Shown here in pieces: positions 45,855 through 54,025 of a stretch of 64,000 bases of DNA. The stretch lies in contig SVBG01000005.1 of NCBI GenBank assembly GCA_015059015.1, forward strand, positions 16,724-80,723, in the 5' to 3' direction. The number at the start of each line of letters is the position of its first letter. Positions within the stretch are counted from its first letter, which is position 1. Both the position numbers and the translations under genes were made by a program. The notes beneath the pieces were generated by a model. The model was not told the origin of the DNA. It saw nothing but the letters and a program-made list of their open reading frames with translations, and ran no database searches. This stretch comes from Erysipelotrichaceae bacterium (GTDB taxonomy: Bacteria > Bacillota_I > Bacilli_A > ML615J-28 > CAG-313).

Positions 45855-46322
45855 ATGCACTGCTCTGTAATACAAGGTAAAGTTGATGATTTAGTTCTTG
45901 CGGTTAAATTTTCAATTAATAAAGATTTACCACTTGTTAGTAGTCTTGCTAATTGTTCAAAATTAATATATGATTATTTTGATAATACATCGTGGGCAGG
46001 ATTTTATATAACAGATGATAAAAATAATTTATATTTAGGTCCTTTTCAAGGTGATACTGCAACTATGTATATTGAATATGGATTTGGTGTATGTGGTAAG
46101 AGTCTTGCTGATAAGAAAACTTATATTGTTCCTAATGTTCATGAGTTTCCTGGCCATATTGCGTGTTCTTCATTATCTAATTCTGAAATAGTTGTGCCAA
46201 TTATTAAGAATAATAAAGTAGTTGCAGTAATAGATTTAGATAGTAATTTATATAATAATTATGATGAAGATGATTCACTAATTTTAGAAAAAGTTGCTTT
46301 AGTTTTAAGTGAACTTTTTTAA
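45855..46322 (+). CDS. GAF-domain protein, free methionine-(R)-sulfoxide reductase (fRMsr/YebR) family
   Basis: 'WAGFYITD...LYLGPFQG...GFGVCG...VPNVHEFPGHIACSSLSNSEIVVPI' matches the fRMsr GAF signature. Confidence 0.75.
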   Translation: MHCSVIQGKVDDLVLAVKFSINKDLPLVSSLANCSKLIYDYFDNTSWAGFYITDDKNNLYLGPFQGDTATMYIEYGFGVCGKSLADKKTYIVPNVHEFPGHIACSSLSNSEIVVPIIKNNKVVAVIDLDSNLYNNYDEDDSLILEKVALVLSELF

Positions 46323-46345
46323 GAAAAAATAGTGGTCTATATAAG

Positions 46346-46374
46346 TTGAAAAAAAATCAAAAATATGGTAAAAT
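46346..46374 (+). promoter_or_regulatory. Sigma-A type promoter of the DUF1538/P-II operon
   Basis: TTGAAA, 17-nt spacer ending in TGG, TAAAAT. Confidence 0.55.
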
Positions 46375-46386
46375 GAATATAAGTAA

Positions 46387-46418
46387 AAAGTAGAAAATAT
46401 GATGTTTCTACTTTTTTA
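46387..46418 (+). promoter_or_regulatory. Terminator-like hairpin inside the short leader, between promoter and start codon
   Basis: AGTAGAAA-ATATGATG-TTTCTACT (extendable by A-T pairs) followed by TTTTTT. It lies ~12 nt downstream of the -10 box and ~35 nt upstream of ATG 46452. Confidence 0.5.
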
Positions 46419-46451
46419 ATTAGCATAAAAATGATGAAAGGAGCAATTATA

Positions 46452-47975
46452 ATGAGAGTATTATTTGAAAAGATTAAAGAAGCATCAATGTCAGTACTTC
46501 CTATTGTTGCAATAGTGTTAATTTTATTATTAACACCATTTGCAAGTCTTACAACTAGTGAACTTGTTACTTTTTTAGTTTCAACAGTATTTTTAATCTT
46601 AGGTATTGCTCTGTTTACACTTGGAGCTGACCTTGCTATGACACCGATGGGAAGTAGTGTTGGATCTGGGCTTGCTAAAAAACGTAAACTTGGTTTATTA
46701 TTAATTGTTTCTTTCTTATTAGGACTTCTTATTACAATAGCAGAACCTGACTTAAAAGTATTATCACAACAAGTAGCTAATGTTATGAATCCAACTTTAT
46801 TAACAGTAGGTATTGCTGTAGGTGTAGGTAGTTTTATTATAATTGCAATTATAAGAATTATATTTAAAAAAAGTTTAGGAACTATTTTAATGTTATTTTA
46901 TATGTTATTATTTGCACTTGGGATTCTTGTTTTAATAAGTGGAAATGGTTCATTGCTTCCACTTGGTTTTGACTCAGGTGGTGTTACTACTGGTCCTATA
47001 ACAGTTCCATTTTTAATGGCGTTAGGGCTTGGGATTGCAAACATTTTAAGTGGTAAGAATGCTAAAGAAGATAGTTTCGGTTTTGTTGCACTGTGTTCTG
47101 TAGGTCCTATTTTAGTTGTGTTATTATTAAGTATCTTTAGTAAAAATCCACTTGATTATAAAATGCAAGAATATTTAATTAGTGGTGATTTGTTCACTGC
47201 TATTATGCATAGATTTTCTGAAGTTGTTAAAGAAGTGTTTTTAGCTTTAGGATTAATTGTTTCATCATTTTTAGTAATTAATTTCTTATTTTTAAAGCAA
47301 CCTTGGAAACATTTAAAGAAAATATTTATTGGTATTGCTTATACATTTATTGGTTTAGTTTTGTTTTTAACAGCTGTAAATATTGGTTATATGCCTGTTG
47401 GATATAAACTTGGAGTTGAAATTGCTGCTACAAGTAAGTTTGTTTTAATTCCTGTTGGTTTTGTAATGGGTATGCTTGTAGTACTAGCAGAACCTGCTGT
47501 TCATGTGTTAAAGAAACAAGTAGAAGAAATTACTGGTGGTTATATTACAAAACGTTCAATGACAATTGGCCTTTGTATCGGGGTAGGTATTGCGATTTGT
47601 TTATCAATGGTTAGAATAATCTTTAATTTTAATTTAATGTATATTGTAATTCCTGGATATTTTATTTCACTGGGGCTTTCTCTTTTTGTACCTAAAATTT
47701 ATACTGCTATTGCATTTGACTCAGGGGGTGTTGCTTCTGGTCCAATGGCATCAACATTTATTTTACCTTTTGCAATTGGTGCTTGTTATGAAATTTTAGG
47801 TGAAGCTGAAATTTTAAATGGTGGTTTTGGTATTGTTGCATTAATTGCTATGACACCACTTATTACAATACAATTATTAGGCTTTAAAGCAATTGTAGGT
47901 AATAAAGTAAAAGAAACTATCGCAATGAGACGTATCTTAAGTGAAGATGATGAACAAATTATTGATTTTATGTAG
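46452..47975 (+). CDS. DUF1538-family polytopic membrane protein (internally duplicated)
   Basis: AAAGGAG then ATG 46452. About 10 or more TM helices. The two halves carry matching motifs 'GFDSGGVTTGPITVPFLMALGLG' and 'AFDSGGVASGPMASTFILPFAIG', and 'AEPDLKVLSQQV' / 'AEPAVHVLKKQV'. Confidence 0.75.
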   Translation: MRVLFEKIKEASMSVLPIVAIVLILLLTPFASLTTSELVTFLVSTVFLILGIALFTLGADLAMTPMGSSVGSGLAKKRKLGLLLIVSFLLGLLITIAEPDLKVLSQQVANVMNPTLLTVGIAVGVGSFIIIAIIRIIFKKSLGTILMLFYMLLFALGILVLISGNGSLLPLGFDSGGVTTGPITVPFLMALGLGIANILSGKNAKEDSFGFVALCSVGPILVVLLLSIFSKNPLDYKMQEYLISGDLFTAIMHRFSEVVKEVFLALGLIVSSFLVINFLFLKQPWKHLKKIFIGIAYTFIGLVLFLTAVNIGYMPVGYKLGVEIAATSKFVLIPVGFVMGMLVVLAEPAVHVLKKQVEEITGGYITKRSMTIGLCIGVGIAICLSMVRIIFNFNLMYIVIPGYFISLGLSLFVPKIYTAIAFDSGGVASGPMASTFILPFAIGACYEILGEAEILNGGFGIVALIAMTPLITIQLLGFKAIVGNKVKETIAMRRILSEDDEQIIDFM

Positions 47976-47983
47976 GAGATATT

Positions 47984-48349
47984 ATGGAAAATAAGAAAAA
48001 TCAATCTATAAAAAAAGCTAAATTAATAATCACTATTGTTGATCGTAATAAAACAGAGTTTTATGCTGATGTAATTTCAGGATTTGATAGTAATCTTCAA
48101 ATGGTAATGTATGGTAATGGTACTGCTCCAAATACTGTATTAGAAAATTTAGGTTTTAATAATGAAAAAGGAATTATCTTTAGTGTAGTGCAAAATGAGA
48201 AAATTAAAGCTGTGTTAAATACATTAGATGATAAATTTAAATCAATTCGTAATGGTAAAGGTGTAGCAGTTGTAGTTCCTATTTCATCAGTTATGGGACT
48301 TTCACTTTATCAATTTATGATTAATAATAGAACAAATAGAGGTGAATAA
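47984..48349 (+). CDS. P-II-like signal-transduction protein (paralog 1)
   Basis: 121 aa, 'KLIITIVDRNKTEFYADVI...' beta-alpha-beta start. Position and size are typical of P-II-like genes downstream of DUF1538. Confidence 0.55.
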   Translation: MENKKNQSIKKAKLIITIVDRNKTEFYADVISGFDSNLQMVMYGNGTAPNTVLENLGFNNEKGIIFSVVQNEKIKAVLNTLDDKFKSIRNGKGVAVVVPISSVMGLSLYQFMINNRTNRGE

Positions 48350-48350
48350 G

Positions 48351-48680
48351 ATGGAAAATCAATTTGAAATGGTCTTCGCTATTGTAAATAGTGGATATAC
48401 AGAAGATGTAATGGATGCAGTTAAAGCTTGTGGTGCAACAGGTGGGACAATCCTTAATGCACGTGGTACTGCAAATACTGAAATTGAAAAATTCTTTGGT
48501 ATTTCTATTTCTTCAGAAAAAGAATTAGTAATGATTATCATCGCAAAAGAGATTAAAGAAAATGTTCTTAAAGCTATCTATGAAAAAGTAGGTTTAGATA
48601 CTCCTGGTCAAGGTATTGCTTTTACTGTTCCCGTAGATGATGTTGTAGGAATTAAAAAGAATTTTATTGATAAAAAATAG
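48351..48680 (+). CDS. P-II-like signal-transduction protein (paralog 2)
   Basis: AGAGGTGA then ATG 48351 (2 nt after the upstream stop). 'MVFAIVNSGYTEDVMDAVKACGATGGTILNARGT' resembles the P-II 'aG..G.T....rG' segment. About 110 aa. Confidence 0.6.
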   Translation: MENQFEMVFAIVNSGYTEDVMDAVKACGATGGTILNARGTANTEIEKFFGISISSEKELVMIIIAKEIKENVLKAIYEKVGLDTPGQGIAFTVPVDDVVGIKKNFIDKK

Positions 48681-48699
48681 TAAAATTCAAGATATATTT

Positions 48700-48742
48700 A
48701 AGATATATAAAGAAATTATTTTCTTTATATATCTTTTTTTTA
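48700..48742 (+). terminator. Intrinsic terminator
   Basis: 16-bp perfect stem AAGATATATAAAGAAA-TTAT-TTTCTTTATATATCTT followed by a T-run. Confidence 0.8.
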
Positions 48743-48775
48743 TTTTTTTTTGATATAATATACATAGGTGATAGT

Positions 48776-50524
48776 ATGAAAATATTTAAGTTTATTTGTT
48801 TATTTGCAAGTATTTCATTATTTAGTTTAAATTTTCTTAATTGTAAAAAATGCGATCATAATTTTGAAATAATTGAACAACTTGACGCAACATGCACAAA
48901 AAGTGGATATCAAAAACAAAAATGTTCTTTGTGTGATAAAGAAAAAACAATTCCACTTCTTTCAAGTGGTCATAATTATAATGAATATGTAATTATAGAA
49001 GAAGGAAACTGTATAACAGATGGTATAAAAACAAGAGAGTGTTTAATGTGTCATTTCGTTGATACAGTTAAGTTTAAAAACATTGTACATGATTATGAAA
49101 TTGAAATAATTGCTCCAACATGTACTTGTGATGGATATGTTTTAAAGACTTGTAAATTATGTGGTGAAATTAATGAAGAAAAACAAGGTACTGCACTTGG
49201 TCATTCATTTAATGATTGGGTTATTAAGATTAATCCAACATCAATAAATGATGGACTTGAAATTAGAAACTGTGGTATTTGTGGTCATGAAGAAACTAAG
49301 ATTCTTCCATCAATATCATATATTGATTTAAATGTAATAAGAGGAAATATTGATGTAAATAAAGTAATTACTTGTAAAACACTTGATGAATTACAACTTG
49401 TATTTGATACAGCTATTTTAAATAATGTTGTACGTATTGAAGTTGATGTACAAATACAAGATTTTGATTTTGATAATATTTTAACAAAACTTGTTGATGA
49501 TTGTTCAATTGAATCAGCATATAAAATTCAAGCATCATATTTAAAGACATTAGTAATTAATTTAGAATATAAAGAAGTAGCTACAACACCTGCTTCTAAT
49601 ACTGATGCGTATACTCAATATAATAGTGCAAATTATACTTCATATGCTTCTTTAAGAAATGATGATTTTAATAATTTTAATATTTATCAAAGTATGTATA
49701 GTTATAATGTTTCAACATCTGATCAATTGTTCTATGTTTTAGAACGAGGTGTATTACCTATCCTAGAAAAAAATTCAAGTGCAGAGAAAATATTTGAACT
49801 TGCAAAAGATGTTTTAAGAGATATAATTGATGATAATATGACTGATTTTGAGAAAGTTAAAGCAATTCATGACTATTTAATTTTAAATGTAACATATGAT
49901 AATGAATTATTAAATCTAACATATCAAAATCCTTCTAATGTTTCTAAATATAATGGTTTTTATTTAGAAGGTGTATTTCTTGATAAAAGAGCAGTGTGTG
50001 AGGGAATAAGTAAAGCATTTAGTGTTTTATGTAATATTGAAGGTATTCCTTGTGTTCAAGTTATAGGGTATCAAACAAATAACCCTAATGGTTTAGGCCA
50101 CGCATGGAATAAAGTTTATCTAGATGGAAACTGGTATATTGTTGATGCAACAAGTGATGGAATTATAGTTAATAATAGTTTTGAAGTATTATCATATCAA
50201 TATTTCTTAATAACAGAAGAAAAAATGAATGAAAAATATACTGGTAGTATGCGTAATAACATTGTGTGTGAAAAAAATTATGAAGCATATAAAAATATAT
50301 ATTATTCTAATAATGATTTTTATATTGAATCATTTGATGAACTTGTAGAAATTTTAAAATATTATGAAAATTTAAACCCTAAAAATTATACAATAGAATT
50401 AAAAATAGCTTTTAATTATGGTTCATCTATAATTGATGATATCCAAAATGCATATAATATTTTAAAATTACCTGCTTCATTTTCACATATTATAAATGAT
50501 GATATTTTAATGATTATTAACTAA
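48776..50524 (+). CDS. Secreted/lipoprotein transglutaminase-like cysteine protease-fold protein with N-terminal Cys-rich repeats
   Basis: Signal peptide ending 'LNFLNC'. Four ~40-aa H-x-[FY]...C...G...C..C units. Transglutaminase core 'RAVCEGISKAFSVLC...GHAWNKVYLDGNWYIVDAT' (Cys-His-Asp). Confidence 0.75.
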   Translation: MKIFKFICLFASISLFSLNFLNCKKCDHNFEIIEQLDATCTKSGYQKQKCSLCDKEKTIPLLSSGHNYNEYVIIEEGNCITDGIKTRECLMCHFVDTVKFKNIVHDYEIEIIAPTCTCDGYVLKTCKLCGEINEEKQGTALGHSFNDWVIKINPTSINDGLEIRNCGICGHEETKILPSISYIDLNVIRGNIDVNKVITCKTLDELQLVFDTAILNNVVRIEVDVQIQDFDFDNILTKLVDDCSIESAYKIQASYLKTLVINLEYKEVATTPASNTDAYTQYNSANYTSYASLRNDDFNNFNIYQSMYSYNVSTSDQLFYVLERGVLPILEKNSSAEKIFELAKDVLRDIIDDNMTDFEKVKAIHDYLILNVTYDNELLNLTYQNPSNVSKYNGFYLEGVFLDKRAVCEGISKAFSVLCNIEGIPCVQVIGYQTNNPNGLGHAWNKVYLDGNWYIVDATSDGIIVNNSFEVLSYQYFLITEEKMNEKYTGSMRNNIVCEKNYEAYKNIYYSNNDFYIESFDELVEILKYYENLNPKNYTIELKIAFNYGSSIIDDIQNAYNILKLPASFSHIINDDILMIIN

Positions 50525-50535
50525 GGAGAAATTCT

Positions 50536-52164
50536 ATGAGAAGATATTTAATATTTATTATATGTATTCTTTCATTACTAATAACTGCATGTAAAAATAA
50601 CAATAATAGTCATGAACATAATTTTATAGAAGGTACTTGTGAATGTGGTGAAAGTGATCCAAACTATGTCCCCCCACATGTACACGAATACGTTGAAGGG
50701 GAATGTGAATGTGGAGAGACTGATCCGAACTATTTACCACCACATAAACATGAGTTTGTAGAAGGGATTTGTGAATGTGGAGTATCTGATCCAAACTACG
50801 TACCACCACATGAACATGCATTTGTAGAAGGCAAATGTGAATGTGGAGAAGTTGATGAATTATATGATCCACCAGTTGTGCATGAATGTACTGATGGTGT
50901 ATGGGTGTTTCCTGAAGATGCAAAATGTTTAGAAATGTATCCTGCAACCCTTATATGTACTACATGTAGTGAGCCAATGGAGATTGCTAGTAAGAAAAAG
51001 CCACATAATTATATAGATGAAGAAGTAGAACCTACATGTGGTGAAGATGGTTATTATAGAGAAACTTGTACTAATTGTGATTATTGTTATGAAATAACAT
51101 ATCCTGCGACTAACGAACATATGTTTGTTTATGAAATTATTGGTGAAGCTACTGATGATTATCTTGGCTATAAACAACAAGTGTGTGAAAAATGTGGATT
51201 AGAAGGTAATTTAGTTAAATATGCAAATAATGGATTCTTAGATCATGGTAAACTTTCAGTTGTAGGCCCTGATTTAGTCGATGAACATGGAGAAAAATTC
51301 CAACTTGTAGGTATATCAACTCATGGACTTCAGTGGTTTGCAAAGTATGTAAATTATGATACATTAGATGCACTACATAATGAATTTGGTATTAATGTAA
51401 TTAGATTAGCACTATGTACTGCAGAAGGCGGATACTGTGAAGCAGATGAAACTAAAAAAGAATATTTATATCAAAAAGTAGTAGAAGGTATAAAAGCTGC
51501 AACACTTCTTGATATGTATGTTATTGTTGATTGGCACATGGTAGGTGCAGAAGATCCTAATGATAAAAATCCTTTATATTATGTTAACGAATCAATGGAA
51601 TTCTTTGGTCGTATTACAGAAGAATTTAAAGATTATAATAATATACTATATGAAATAATGAATGAGCCAAATGGAAGTACAACTTGGTCAGATTGTAAAA
51701 ATTATGCAAATCAAGTAATTCCAGTTATTAGACAAAATACCGATGCAATAGTTCTTGTTGGTAATCCTCATTGGAGTGCTAATCTTAATGTTGTATTAAA
51801 CAGTCCTTTAGAAGGTTATACAAATATTATGTATACATATCATTTCTATGCAGCAGACCATTCTAATACATCACAAGTTATAAATGCATATGATAAAGGC
51901 CTTCCAGTATTTATAAGTGAGCATGGTGGCATGGAAAGTAGTGGTGATGGTGCTATAAATTATAATAATATTACGCGTTGGTATGAAATATTAGATAAAA
52001 GAAATATAAGCTATGTTGCATGGAATTTATCTAACAGTAAATGTAGTGCTTCTATTTTAAAACAAGAAACTACAAGTTTAACTGATTTTAGTGATGAAGC
52101 TTTAAAAGAATGGGGAGTATGGTATAAATCTTGGGTTAGAAAGAAATTTGGGTTAGATGAGTAA
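50536..52164 (+). CDS. GH5 endoglucanase (cellulase) lipoprotein, copy 1
   Basis: Lipobox 'LLITAC'. 4 x 22-aa His/Cys repeats. The GH5 domain aligns with Bacillus EglS-type enzymes: 'GISTHGLQWF', 'VIVDWH', 'LYEIMNEPNG' (acid/base Glu), 'HFYA', 'VFISEHGG' (nucleophile Glu), 'WNLSN'. Confidence 0.9.
   Translation: MRRYLIFIICILSLLITACKNNNNSHEHNFIEGTCECGESDPNYVPPHVHEYVEGECECGETDPNYLPPHKHEFVEGICECGVSDPNYVPPHEHAFVEGKCECGEVDELYDPPVVHECTDGVWVFPEDAKCLEMYPATLICTTCSEPMEIASKKKPHNYIDEEVEPTCGEDGYYRETCTNCDYCYEITYPATNEHMFVYEIIGEATDDYLGYKQQVCEKCGLEGNLVKYANNGFLDHGKLSVVGPDLVDEHGEKFQLVGISTHGLQWFAKYVNYDTLDALHNEFGINVIRLALCTAEGGYCEADETKKEYLYQKVVEGIKAATLLDMYVIVDWHMVGAEDPNDKNPLYYVNESMEFFGRITEEFKDYNNILYEIMNEPNGSTTWSDCKNYANQVIPVIRQNTDAIVLVGNPHWSANLNVVLNSPLEGYTNIMYTYHFYAADHSNTSQVINAYDKGLPVFISEHGGMESSGDGAINYNNITRWYEILDKRNISYVAWNLSNSKCSASILKQETTSLTDFSDEALKEWGVWYKSWVRKKFGLDE
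50611..50874 (+). repeat. 4 x 66-nt (22-aa) coding tandem repeat HxHxF[VI]EGxCECGExDPNYxPP
   Basis: HEHNFIEGTCECGESDPNYVPP / HVHEYVEGECECGETDPNYLPP / HKHEFVEGICECGVSDPNYVPP / HEHAFVEGKCECGEVDELYDPP. Confidence 0.95.
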
Positions 52165-52252
52165 AATAGTATTACTATTATTAGAATTGTAATCTCATAA
52201 AAAGATTTATAATTGAATTATTTGTTAATATCTATTACAATAGGAGAATAAT

Positions 52253-53872
52253 ATGAAAAAATATTTAATAATTTTTACATGTATTTTTGTTTTTACAATA
52301 ACTGCATGTAAAAATAAACATGAACATAATTTTATTGAAGGCAAATGTGAATGTGGAGACATTGATCCAAACTATAAACCACCTCATACACATAATTATG
52401 TAGAAGGTAAATGTGATTGTGGAGAAATTGATCCAAACTATAAACCACCTCATACACATAACTATGTAGAAGGTAAATGCGATTGTGGAGAAATTGATCC
52501 AAACTATGAACCTCCTCACGTACATAATTTTATTGAAGGAAAGTGCGATTGCGGAGAAATTGATCCAAATTATGAACCACCAGTAGTATGTAATTGTACT
52601 GAAGGAGTATGGGTGTTTCCAGAAGATGCAAAATGTTTAGAAATGTATCCTGCAACACTTGTATGTATAGAATGTAATGAACCTATGGAAGTTGCTACTA
52701 AGAAAAAACCTCATAATTATGTTGATGAAGAAGTAGAACCTACTTGTGGCGAAGATGGTTACTATCGAGAAACTTGTACAAATTGTGATTATTGCTATGA
52801 AATTGTTTATCAAATGACAAATGAACATACGTATATTTATGAAATTATAGGTGAAGCTACTGATGATTATCTTGGCTATAAGCAACAAGTATGTGAGGGA
52901 TGTGGTGTAGAAGGAAATTTAGTTCAATATGCAAATAACGGATTCTTAGACCATGGTAAGCTTTCAGTTGTTGGTCCTGATTTAGTTGATGAACATGGAG
53001 AAAAATTTCAACTTGTTGGTATATCAACTCATGGTATTCAATGGTTTGCAAAATACGTTAATTATAACACATTAGATGCTCTTCATAATGAGTTTGGTAT
53101 AAATGTAATTAGACTTTCATTATATACTGCAGAAGGTGGATACTGTGAAGCAGATGAAACTAAAAAAGAATATTTATATCAAAAAGTAGTAGAAGGTATA
53201 AAAGCTGCAACACTTCTTGATATGTATGTAATTGTTGACTGGCATATGGTAGGAGCAGAAGACCCTAATGATAAAAATCCTTTATATTATGTTGATGAAT
53301 CAATGGAATTCTTTGGTCGTATTACAGAAGAGTTTAAAGATTATAATAACATTTTATATGAAATAATGAATGAACCAAATGGTGGCACTAGTTGGAATGA
53401 TTGTAAGAAATATGCAAATCAAGTAATTCCAGTTATTAGAGAAAACACTGACGCGATTATTTTAGTAGGTAATCCTCATTGGAGTGCTAATCTTAATGTT
53501 GTATTAAACAGTCCTTTAGAAGGTTATACAAATATTATGTATACATATCATTTCTATGCAGCAGACCATTCTAATACATCACAAGTTATAAATGCATATG
53601 ATAAAGGGCTTCCAGTATTTATAAGTGAGCATGGTGGAATGGAAAGTAGTGGAGATGGTGCTATAAATTATAATAATATAACGCGTTGGTATGAAATATT
53701 AGATAAAAGAAATATAAGTTATGTTGCATGGAATTTATCTAATAGTAAAGGTAGTGCTTCAATTTTGAAACAAGAAACTACTAGTTTAACTGACTTTAGT
53801 GATGCTGCTTTGAAAGAATGGGGAGTATGGTATAAATCTTGGGTAAGAAAGAAATTTGGGTTTGATGAATAA
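52253..53872 (+). CDS. GH5 endoglucanase (cellulase) lipoprotein, copy 2 (tandem paralog)
   Basis: Lipobox 'FTITAC'. 4 x 22-aa repeats. Same GH5 motifs as copy 1. No terminator in the 88-nt spacer, so probably co-transcribed. Confidence 0.9.
   Translation: MKKYLIIFTCIFVFTITACKNKHEHNFIEGKCECGDIDPNYKPPHTHNYVEGKCDCGEIDPNYKPPHTHNYVEGKCDCGEIDPNYEPPHVHNFIEGKCDCGEIDPNYEPPVVCNCTEGVWVFPEDAKCLEMYPATLVCIECNEPMEVATKKKPHNYVDEEVEPTCGEDGYYRETCTNCDYCYEIVYQMTNEHTYIYEIIGEATDDYLGYKQQVCEGCGVEGNLVQYANNGFLDHGKLSVVGPDLVDEHGEKFQLVGISTHGIQWFAKYVNYNTLDALHNEFGINVIRLSLYTAEGGYCEADETKKEYLYQKVVEGIKAATLLDMYVIVDWHMVGAEDPNDKNPLYYVDESMEFFGRITEEFKDYNNILYEIMNEPNGGTSWNDCKKYANQVIPVIRENTDAIILVGNPHWSANLNVVLNSPLEGYTNIMYTYHFYAADHSNTSQVINAYDKGLPVFISEHGGMESSGDGAINYNNITRWYEILDKRNISYVAWNLSNSKGSASILKQETTSLTDFSDAALKEWGVWYKSWVRKKFGFDE
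52319..52582 (+). repeat. 4 x 66-nt (22-aa) coding tandem repeat, same family as 50611-50874
   Basis: HEHNFIEGKCECGDIDPNYKPP / HTHNYVEGKCDCGEIDPNYKPP / HTHNYVEGKCDCGEIDPNYEPP / HVHNFIEGKCDCGEIDPNYEPP. Confidence 0.95.
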
Positions 53873-53878
53873 CAATTT

Positions 53879-53910
53879 AACTAGTTCTATTTAAGAACTA
53901 GTTTTTATTT
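53879..53910 (+). terminator. Intrinsic terminator of the transglutaminase-GH5-GH5 operon
   Basis: AACTAGTTCT-ATTTA-AGAACTAGTT followed by TTTTATTTT. Confidence 0.8.
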
Positions 53911-53963
53911 TACTAATTATTATTTTTGAGAACAATTATTATAATATAAAGATTAGGTTTTAC

Positions 53964-53992
53964 TTGCAAAAATGATTAAATTTTGTTATAAT
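53964..53992 (+). promoter_or_regulatory. Sigma-A type promoter of rsmE-mtaB-cshB-nfo
   Basis: TTGCAA, 17-nt spacer ending in TGT, TATAAT. It lies inside the ORF-track 5' extension of rsmE, which argues for the ATG 54026 start. Confidence 0.55.
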
Positions 53993-54025
53993 AAGTTAGA
54001 CAAAGATATTAATTTAGGAGTATTT

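Noticed and set aside
13434-46374. Near-identical 'AGTTGAAAAAAA...ATGGTAtAaT' sequences upstream of gdpP (13434), tex (30129) and the DUF1538 operon (46344) as a dispersed repeat or shared regulator site
   Set aside because: The similarity is confined to the -35 box, the A-rich spacer and the extended -10 of a strong AT-rich sigma-A consensus seen at many other promoters in the window. No extra conserved bases lie outside the promoter elements.
50624-51180. Minus-strand ORFs (107 aa and 83 aa) within GH5 copy 1. Equivalent ORFs lie at 52265-52525, 52637-52888 and 52857-53051 in copy 2, and at 60427-60740 in the NAGPA gene.
   Set aside because: They coincide with the 66-nt coding repeats and Cys-rich linkers. 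Repeat periodicity keeps the antisense frames open. The sense strands encode recognisable lipoprotein/GH5/NAGPA proteins.
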